64,000 bases of DNA, taken from NCBI GenBank assembly GCA_963743305.1, contig CAVUPH010000024.1:32001-96000 (forward strand), written 5' to 3'. This document shows, in pieces, positions 11,203 to 19,144 of the stretch. Position 1 is the first letter of the stretch, and every line of letters begins with the position of its first letter. The DNA is from an uncultured delta proteobacterium (GTDB taxonomy: Bacteria; Desulfobacterota; RBG-13-43-22). Under the pieces are notes generated by a model. That model was not told where the DNA came from. It made no database searches and worked only from the letters and a program-made list of their open reading frames with translations. The position numbers were made by a program, and so were the translations under genes.

Positions 11203-12523
11203 GATTTCCTCCTTTCGCTCCCACAGTGAAGGGGAGATGGCTCCTTCCTCCAGACACTGCCGGGCGGTCTGTATAGACCCGATGGAACAGAAAATATTCA
11301 ATGCACTGCTCCCCGACACAAACCTTCATCCCCAGATCTTCACACCATTGCACCAATTGAACCAGTTTCAAAAGCGCATTGTTGGCCGGCTGCTTTTTTT
11401 GAGAACTGAACTCGGAGGCCGGTGTGGCCCTGAAAGGGTAGACATTTACAACCTCCAGGTACCTCCGGTGGTCCGCCAGAAATTGAATCGTTTTCTCAAA
11501 ATCGAGGCTGCTCTCCCCCGGGCAACCAATTACCAGAGAAGGGGCGGGCAATATTCCGCAGGAATCCAGCCCTTTTATGAAATCCGACATCTGCTTGGTG
11601 GTGATCCCTTTATTCATGGTCCGCAGAGTGCGGTCACTTCCAGACTCCAACCCAAAAAAGATCACTCGACAGCCTGCCCTCCCAAGGGCCTCCATCTTTT
11701 CTCCAGACAGGTCCGCCCTGGAGGCCCCACACCACGGTTTATTAAATCGCTCGAGGTAGCCGCAGAACTCATTCAAATTATGGCCATTGAGTGAATGATC
11801 CCTGCAGACCAGTACCGCCGGGTCATAGCGATCAATCAGCACCTCCAATTCCCTGAAAGCGGTCTTGGCCGACCGTTCAAGATATCCTGAATTCCCACCT
11901 TTAGAAAGGGAACAGAACCCGCATTTCCCCCAGGAGCATCCATGTTTCAATATGAAAGGAAGAAGGTCAAACAGGTATTTTCCCCGATGCGCATACCTGG
12001 GACTGGGCAGCAGGTCGTAATGGATCGGTTTTGCCGCCTCGCCCCTCGTAAAAAGATCATTCAAATGCACCGTTTGTACCCCGTTTTTCTTCAACGCTTC
12101 TTCGTTGGTCCATGAACCCAGCGAGTTGCCGAAGAAAAATACCCTGGTGTCGCCGGATACCTGCCTGATGGTGTGAGAGAGTCTCAAAACCGCTTCCGCG
12201 GGGACCGTAGGAAACCAGGAAGGAGTGGTAATATAAACCCGGGGATATTTCTCCCAAGAGATGGCGGCATACGCTCTTTCGATCTGGGTCTCAAGTTCAT
12301 CGTAAAAGGGATAAAGAAAATAGGCATCCGAGACTTTCGGGGCCTGGTCCATGACGTGCAATATTCGCTTGAGTTTTCTTCGGTTTCTGAAATAGAGTTC
12401 AGCATTTAGATCGATCACTTCCAGATCATATCGGCCTCCCAAGATCGCGGCGCCGTAACCCAGTAATAAATTGGGATGAAAGGGTAGATGAGGAAGCCAT
12501 GGGGTTACCAGAGCGGCCTTCAT
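11165..12523 (-). CDS. B12-binding-type radical SAM enzyme
   Basis: N-terminal PHLPFHPNLLLGY...VIDLNAELY, HGCSWGKCGFC (CX4CX2C), FFGLESGSDRTLRTMNKG; GGAGG RBS before ATG 12523. Confidence 0.85.
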   Translation of the reverse strand: MKAALVTPWLPHLPFHPNLLLGYGAAILGGRYDLEVIDLNAELYFRNRRKLKRILHVMDQAPKVSDAYFLYPFYDELETQIERAYAAISWEKYPRVYITTPSWFPTVPAEAVLRLSHTIRQVSGDTRVFFFGNSLGSWTNEEALKKNGVQTVHLNDLFTRGEAAKPIHYDLLPSPRYAHRGKYLFDLLPFILKHGCSWGKCGFCSLSKGGNSGYLERSAKTAFRELEVLIDRYDPAVLVCRDHSLNGHNLNEFCGYLERFNKPWCGASRADLSGEKMEALGRAGCRVIFFGLESGSDRTLRTMNKGITTKQMSDFIKGLDSCGILPAPSLVIGCPGESSLDFEKTIQFLADHRRYLEVVNVYPFRATPASEFSSQKKQPANNALLKLVQLVQWCEDLGMKVCVGEQCIEYFLFHRVYTDRPAVSGGRSHLPFTVGAKGGNHGRNQAVPIDTP

Positions 12524-12684
12524 TTTGTCCTCCAAGCAAGGGGACTTTCCACCCCAGCGCTAAAGATCCCTGAACTCCAGCAACACCCGTCCTTCCCGCT
12601 CGTCTGCGCTGAAACGCCAGGTCGAAGTTAAAAGACGAGACGATAACCTCATCTCATGATGCCGAAAATTTACGTCACTCAAAA

Positions 12685-12954
12685 CTAGTACCCCGTTTCC
12701 AAGAGAGCCTTCTTCGCCCGGCCCGTGGTCTTGAAAATTTCTAACAGCCGGGATACCTCTTCGGTGGTTACCCCTTCGTACCCCCAATCGACCAAGAGCT
12801 GGCGGAGTGCTTTTGCGTTTGCGCCTTCCTTGTTCAGCTCGCCTAGGAAATGCATCCCGACAGTTGAATCATCACGGCACGCGTCCGCAATCAAATCCAT
12901 CATATCCCTCTTAGGCTTTTGCTTCTTCGTCGGTACCTTTTTTGGCGTGGTCAT
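12685..12954 (-). CDS. 89-aa small protein, candidate RiPP precursor with Nif11-like leader
   Basis: AGGAGG RBS then MTTPKK...DLIADACRDDSTVGMHFLGELNKEGANAKALRQLLVDWGYEGVTTEEVSRLLEIFKTTGRAKKALLETGY; lies between two radical SAM genes. Confidence 0.65.
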   Translation of the reverse strand: MTTPKKVPTKKQKPKRDMMDLIADACRDDSTVGMHFLGELNKEGANAKALRQLLVDWGYEGVTTEEVSRLLEIFKTTGRAKKALLETGY

Positions 12955-13037
12955 ATTCCCTCCTCCTTTTTTTATCCGCACATGAGCCGTTCTGATCGAA
13001 CCTTTTATCCTCTGCGCAAGAAGGCGATGATTAGGGG

Positions 13038-14072
13038 TTACCCATAGGATGAGGCCCTGGACAGTACTCTCTGACAATAGGGGACCTGCGGGAACATGTC
13101 CCGGTACCATTCCGAAGGTCTCATCATCCCCTCCTGGCTGCAAAGGCAAACGTATTCGCAATTTCGACAAATCCTTTGATCCTTCGACACCGGCCGGCCA
13201 TACTCATTCGAGTTGATGAGGGTCGAGAGAATACCCGGAACATAGGAGCCGAAATGCTCTGTAGTTGAATGAGCCGGGGTGATGCGCCCTTCCGCGGTGA
13301 TCATCACGCTCCCCGGCCGGTATAAAGGAGGAGACCGGGTTATCCAGGGTAACTTGAGGATACCTGAGGCCACCGCCGCCAGGGGATTGTTCAATAAGTC
13401 CACTTTCAAACCGAAAAGATTCAGAAGGGAAATCATCCGGACCAGCCGGAGAAAGTCACCGGGACGCAGTACCTCCTTTGACAGATCAAATACATCCTCC
13501 GGCACGCGAATGAGCTGTATGAAAGACAACTGCTTGATGCCGGGGAACTCTATAAAAAGCTTTTCTGCAAAACGAGGCATTTCTGAAATGAGGCTTCTAC
13601 CGACGGGGCTAAAGACGTGCACGGGAAGACCAGCATCCAGGGCTTGGCGGATACCCCCTAGAGCCCGGTCGTATGACCCTTTCCCGCGTAGGCGGTCATG
13701 ATTTCGTCTCGGCCCCTGAAGGCTTATGGAAATAGATAACCCTTCATAGTTGGCAAGTTTACGGCTGACTTTACCGGTCAGCAAGGTCCCGTTGGTATTC
13801 AAAAAGGCCGTTTGGTATCCCAGGCCAAAGGCCTGATCGAGAATTTCCAGCAAACCTTCCCACAGGAGTGGCTCCCCCCCGGTCAGGTGCAGGTGCCTAA
13901 ATCCGGCTTCATATCCCTCCTGGACCATATTCTGAGCCAGAGCGGGGACAAGACCTGACCTCTGCGGACCGCGGGCGCGGACAAAGCAATGCGAGCAGGA
14001 ACTATTGCAGCGGGTCGTTACCTCAAGCCCGAGGCATTCGCCGTGAAACCGGAGAATAGCCAATTCGTTCAT
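13038..14072 (-). CDS. Radical SAM enzyme with SPASM-like C-terminus
   Basis: EVTTRCNSSCSHC (CX3CX2C), HLTGGEPLL, LNTNGTLL, C-terminal CRNCEYVCLC...YC. Confidence 0.88.
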   Translation of the reverse strand: MNELAILRFHGECLGLEVTTRCNSSCSHCFVRARGPQRSGLVPALAQNMVQEGYEAGFRHLHLTGGEPLLWEGLLEILDQAFGLGYQTAFLNTNGTLLTGKVSRKLANYEGLSISISLQGPRRNHDRLRGKGSYDRALGGIRQALDAGLPVHVFSPVGRSLISEMPRFAEKLFIEFPGIKQLSFIQLIRVPEDVFDLSKEVLRPGDFLRLVRMISLLNLFGLKVDLLNNPLAAVASGILKLPWITRSPPLYRPGSVMITAEGRITPAHSTTEHFGSYVPGILSTLINSNEYGRPVSKDQRICRNCEYVCLCSQEGMMRPSEWYRDMFPQVPYCQRVLSRASSYG

Positions 14073-15097
14073 TGTATCCTTCCTGATGGTTCGCTTTCTT
14101 TTTTTGACGCTTCGCCTTTTGGGGTAAGATTATTGAGGTCTCGAAATTCCTTGGCCAACCCTATCATCCGGTGAGCTTCGACCCTAGATGCCGCTGTCTC
14201 TAATTCCGTGCCTATCTTTTCTTTGATTTTGTCAATAAGGTTGTTTTCCAAAATATGTTTGAGAATAGCCTTCAAGGAATCTTTGGCCCTAGCCCGGCCC
14301 CTGCTCCTATAATGATTCCAGTGAGTCCTCATTTTATCAGGAAGGCCAATATATATTGCCGAGTGTTTCCCCTTTTCGAGATCACGCTTTATATCCCGAA
14401 TATCATCGAGAAGCCGCCAAGCAATCCCGAAGGAACCATAGGCCCTCTCAACATCCCTGGTAAGATCCGAGAATCCGGTCATCTTCAGGGAGAGGAGAAT
14501 GGGAGCCACCATGCCGATGGCCATCTGTTTTCTAAAACGATGACCATAGCCAACAAGAGATATTTGCCCTTTTGAATCTCGGGTGCTCTCATAATAATCA
14601 TCAATAAAGCCTCGGACGGTTTTCATTCCTTCGGGAAGGCCTTCCGCCAGATTGCGGAAGGCCCGGTTCATGAGCGTCCAGGCCTGGCTTCTCAGGAGTA
14701 ATGTCAGAGGGGAAACGGAAAGCTGTTTATCGGTGAGATGATCGTCGAGAGAGTGAAGAAACATCGCCAGGGATTGGGCGGTTACTGCATGGGCAACATC
14801 CTTTTTTTCCAAACGCTTGGTAGGGAGAGCCCGATCGCGGCTGAGCCAGTAAATAATGGACCAGGCAGGAGGATAATAATGAGCAAAAAAATCCAACTTG
14901 TTGCCTGGAATTATCCCCGCATACTGCAGGAGGAAAAGGATCGAATCGGTCTGAGTGGACTTAGGAAGGGATCGGCAAAAGAAAAGGATTTCTTTGCTGA
15001 ACCGCCGATAAAAGGCGGTTTCTCTTTTCGAAAGTACACCCTTACCGAAATCTACGGTTTCGCAGTGAAGCAGGAAATCCCTGATAGTACCTTTCAT
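14069..15097 (-). CDS. Class 1 isoprenoid biosynthesis enzyme fold (polyprenyl synthase/ComQ-like prenyltransferase)
   Basis: Two Asp-rich motifs FLHSLDDHLTD and GIAWRLLDDIRD, followed by DLEKGKHS; stop overlaps the rSAM start (ATGA). Confidence 0.75.
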   Translation of the reverse strand: MKGTIRDFLLHCETVDFGKGVLSKRETAFYRRFSKEILFFCRSLPKSTQTDSILFLLQYAGIIPGNKLDFFAHYYPPAWSIIYWLSRDRALPTKRLEKKDVAHAVTAQSLAMFLHSLDDHLTDKQLSVSPLTLLLRSQAWTLMNRAFRNLAEGLPEGMKTVRGFIDDYYESTRDSKGQISLVGYGHRFRKQMAIGMVAPILLSLKMTGFSDLTRDVERAYGSFGIAWRLLDDIRDIKRDLEKGKHSAIYIGLPDKMRTHWNHYRSRGRARAKDSLKAILKHILENNLIDKIKEKIGTELETAASRVEAHRMIGLAKEFRDLNNLTPKGEASKKESEPSGRIQ

Positions 15098-15138
15098 TCG
15101 AAAACGCTCGATTTCCCTGGTCCTTCCGTCGAAGGTCT

Positions 15139-18100
15139 TTAGATCTCAGTAGGTTCAAGACCTGCCCGGTTAATCACCGAAGTCAGATCCTCCAGTTCAT
15201 GGTGCAGGCCCATTTCACGGAACATCGTTTTCGCCCTCAACAAAGGCTCCTTGGCTCTCAGCGCTTCGGGACGCGAGCCTTCGCGAATGCCCTCACAAAG
15301 GCAGGTGCCCATTTCAGCGCAGGTCCTTGAGAGCTGAGGACGGGCACCCAGACTTTCCCCTTCATGAATGGCCTTACTCCACCACGTATAAGCGCTTTTC
15401 TGATCGCGGATCAACCAGTGGTAGAGACCCATTAATCTATAGGATTCCGTCCGGTATTGCGCCGCTTTCCGACAAGTCTTGATCGCCATTTTTCCTGAAT
15501 TGAAAGCCTTTCTGCGATTTTCAGAAGCTCCCTCTCTTTGGCCGGCCCGAAGAGATTCTTCCAGACGACATAGGTAGTATTCGAACTGACTCCGATAAAA
15601 GACGGATAACTGCGTGGGAACGGCCTGCACTTCAGATTTGATCCGCTGGGCGTGATCAAGTGACTTTCCCGCCGCCTCCGTTTCTTTCACCAACAGGTGT
15701 ATCAAAGCCTTTAGGCAATGCATATTCATTAAAGGTAAGGTGAAGCCCCATCTCTGGAAAAGGTCGATTCCTCGAGTCACTTCGGCAGTGGCTTCCTGGA
15801 TCAGGCGGCATTCAATGAGCAGACTAATATTCAAGCAGATAGTGCAAACAACGAGAGATGTCGTTTTCATAGACTTCGGCGATATCGCGCAGCTTGGTCA
15901 CCGTCAGTCTGGCCGCCTCAAATTGCCCCTGGTAAACTTGGGCGAGTCCGTGCCAGTAATAATGCTGGGAGGCGTAATACATTTCCCCAAGTCTCAGATT
16001 TCTGGTCACCAAATCTTCGTTGCAATCGAAAATATCCTTCCACTGTCCTTTGAGAAAAAGGTGAATCGTATCCACGAGATCATAGACTATTTTTTGCTTG
16101 GCATCATCCGGAGCCAGTCTCGGCTTGGCGTAATCCATGATTCGTCTGCTAATACTCAGGGAAAGACCGGTGAAGGAGAACAGGGCACTGGCACCAGCAA
16201 AAATGCCTATACCCAACTTGAACTGTGCCAGATCGAAATGGACGATGGTGTCATAGAAGAAAAAGGATTCGATAAAAAAACGCTTGGGGTTGATAACCAC
16301 CAGGGCCTCACCCTTTTTATAGAAAAGCTCTACCGCTTCGGTATCCTGCCAAGTGGGTAGTCTCTTGAACCAGAAGGAAGGAAAGTACAGGGCCAGGATG
16401 AAGGTCGTGAAACTGGACAGGAATTTTAAGGCGGTGGTCAAAGCATTTTGGGGGAATTCGCCCCAATAGTAGTTCAGGGCCTTGTCGAAATGCTCCACCG
16501 CCTCGGCGTAGTGCCCTCGATTAAAAAGAGCTAATCCGATGTTTTTCTCCAGCATGGCCACCTTTTCCGGATCGGCGCTGTGGCCTTGCAGCTTGCGATA
16601 AATGTTAAGCGCCTCCTGGTAATAGGTAAGCGCTTCGTTGGAAGCCGATGATCGCAAAGCCTCTTCTCCGGCGTTGATCAAGTACTCTTCGGCTTTCTCC
16701 AGACTCTCGGCCCTGCTGTAATGATAGGCCAACATCCCGTAGAATTCGTGAAGCCGCTCGTTAAAGACTTTTTCTATAGCCTGGGCCACTCTTTGATGGA
16801 TCTCTTTTCGCTTCCGGATCAGGATGGACTCATAGGCCGCCTCCTGGGTCAAGGCGTGCTTGAAGAGATACTCCACCTCCTCCATCCGTTTTCGTTCCCG
16901 AATGAGCTGAATCTCCTTAAGGTAATCGAGCCTTCTGTCAATCCCCTCGATGGTGCCGGTTACTTCGGTGAGGATCTTATAGAAGAAGTTTCGGCCGATG
17001 ACGGAGGCCACCCGGACCACGTTCCTGGTTTCTTCATCCAGGCGATCGATTCGAGCCATGATGAGGGCATGGATACTCTGGGGAATGACGATGTGTTGGA
17101 TCTTCTCCGTCACCCGGTATTCTCCCTTTTCCGGGACCACGGCACCTTCATGGATCAGGGAGCGGACCACTTCCTCGATGAAAAAGGGGTTCCCTCCTGC
17201 TCTCTGGAGAATCTGCTCCCGAAGTTTATTGGGAAAACTATCGGTCCGGTGGAGATTCGTGAGGAGTTGCTCACTTTCCGATTCTTTCAAGGGGTCTAAT
17301 TCGATCTTGGTCCAGTAGGCCGGATAGTTCTCCTGGATGGAGGCCGTGACTTGTTCTCCCGTGTCGGTATAGCCGGGACGGAAGACTAAAATAAAAAGAA
17401 TCCGGTATTCTTCCACCAGGCGAAAGAGGGCCTTCAAAAGTCCCAGGGAACTCACATCCACCCAATGGAAGTCTTCCATATAAATCACCGTAGGCCGGAT
17501 TGCGGAGCCCTTGATGAGGATCTCCCGCATGCTCTTAAAGATCAGCTTTTCTAAAGCCTCCCCTTCGATGCCCTTAACCCGCTGGGCGTATTTCCCGGTG
17601 AGCTTCATCCCCATGAGGGTGGCAATGAAGGGAAAGATCTCCCCCACCTCCTGGAAATGAATGTCCCGGATGGCCCGCTCCAGTTTCCACTGGGCCTCGG
17701 TATCGGTGTCATCCTCCCTGATTTGGGACCAGTGTTTCAGGGCGTCGATGATAGGATAAAAACTCAGACCTCTTCCCATGGAAAGGGATCGACCTTCGAG
17801 AATGGTGGTCTTTTTAGCGACCTCGGTCAGGCGCAACTCAGCCAGAAGGCGGGACTTCCCGATCCCCGGCTCGCCGCTGACGGTGATAATCCCTCCCCTA
17901 CCATTGATGAGGCGCACGACCTGAAGCGATAAGCGGTCCATTTCCTTATCTCTTCCCACCAAAGGGGAATCGACGCCCACCGATCGTCTTTTTCTCTCTT
18001 TTATCTCTACGACACGGTAAACCCGGACCGGATCGGTTTTGCCTTTGACCCGAACGGGTACGAGCGGTTCAAAATCAAAAAACCAATCAGCCTGACGAAA

Positions 18101-18744
18101 GGTGCCGTCACCCGCTAAAATCTCACCGGGCCTCGCCAGCGTAGACAACCGTGACGCCAGATTAACGGTATCTCCCATAACCCCCAGAATTCCATTTCCC
18201 TTGGTTACTTCACCGGTAACGACCAGTCCTGTATTGATGCCTGTATGCATGGCCAGACGTTTTCCAACTTTAGGCTCAAACTGAGGACTGATCGCCTCGA
18301 TTCGTTCATGGATTTCTCTCGCGGTTCGGATTGCTCGCACTGGATCATCTTCATGAACCTTGGGCACCCCAAAAAACGCCACCACCGCATCCCCGATAAA
18401 TTTCTGAATAGTTCCTTCATATTTGCTCACCGTGGCGGTAATTTCCCCGAAGATCTGATTCATGATTTTCTTGAGCTCTTCGGGATCTAAGCGCTCAGAC
18501 ATGGCCGTATAACCGGAGAGATCGGAGAAAAGAACCGTCACCTGCTTTCGTTCCTCTTCGATGGCTGGTTCTATCTGTCCGGTTCAGCGGATTCATCTAA
18601 TTGCTGCCCGCACCTGCCGCAGAACCGAAATCCATCGGGATTTACGAAATGGCAGCCTGGGCAAATCCCCTCCAATTTGGCACCACATTTTCTACAAAAA
18701 TCCAGGCCATCGGGGTCAGGATATTGACATTGGGGGCATTTCAT
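15139..18744 (-). CDS. Double zinc ribbon + class III nucleotide cyclase + P-loop ATPase (STAND-like) + TPR protein; apparent frameshifts near 18575 and 15835
   Basis: ATG 18744 after AAGGAG gives MKCPQC...FCRKCG...CPGC...FCGRCG. A shifted frame gives ERKQVTVLFSDLSGYT, KFIGDAV, GDTVNLASRL, Walker A GEPGIGKS, GGNPFFIEE, YLFKHALTQEAAY and TPRs; the tail continues in ORF 15139-15870. Confidence 0.85.
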
Positions 18745-18800
18745 TCTTGGGCTCTCCTTCGATAGAGATCCCTTAATAAAACTCCGGAAGGTGGCGGTGG

Positions 18801-18842
18801 AAATACAAAAGCCTCCACAGGGCTTTACCCCTCTGGAGGCTT
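18801..18842 (-). terminator. Intrinsic-terminator-like hairpin inside the 5' leader of the cyclase gene (possible attenuator)
   Basis: Minus strand AAGCCTCCAGAGGG-GTAAAG-CCCTGTGGAGGCTT, running into TTGTATTT, ~60 nt before the ATG. Confidence 0.6.
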
Positions 18843-18941
18843 CGTCTCGGAATTTCTTGAAACTCCCACTTCATATCCCAATCCAAAAGTTTTTTAGAGT
18901 TAGGTTAGGAAGTTCACGATCAAATTTAACTGTAGGATAAA

Positions 18942-18971
18942 ATCTTAACCATATTTTAGAAAAAATGTCAA
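18942..18971 (-). promoter_or_regulatory. Sigma70-like promoter candidate for the cyclase/RiPP-like cluster
   Basis: TTGACA-N18-TAAGAT on the minus strand in AT-rich DNA. Confidence 0.5.
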
Positions 18972-18985
18972 TGGTTTTCTAGGTT

Positions 18986-19138
18986 AACGAAGGGGATGTT
19001 CAAAGGCTGGATGACTGGATGCCGGCCGGATAAGCGGTTGGTGGATCCCTTCTCGGGGCGCGATAAACGAAGGGAATGTTCTAAGGCTGGATGACTGGAT
19101 GGCGGCCGGATAAGCGGTCGGCGGCTCCCTTCTCGGGC
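18986..19138. repeat. Two tandem ~80-bp direct repeats
   Basis: aacgaagggRatgttcWaaggctggatgactggatgScggccggataagcggtYggYggMtcccttctcggg starting at 18986 and 19066. Confidence 0.9.
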
Positions 19139-19144
19139 TCCCAA

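Noticed and set aside
12560-12787. Second small ORF in the RiPP-like cluster as another precursor
   Set aside because: It mostly overlaps the 89-aa gene in another frame; the free part (MRLSSRLL...) lacks a clear RBS or leader similarity.
8158-15097. Carotenoid or hopanoid pathway reading of the CrtI-like and isoprenoid-fold genes
   Set aside because: No phytoene/squalene synthase or cyclase is present, and the interleaved peptide, rSAM and protease genes fit peptide modification better. A lipid-modifying role is not fully excluded.
18986-19138. Possible CRISPR array
   Set aside because: Only two 80-bp units, no unique spacers, and no cas genes.
8114-19144. Cluster as an integrative mobile element
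   Set aside because: No integrase, transposase, tRNA or flanking direct repeats were seen; only composition hints at acquisition.
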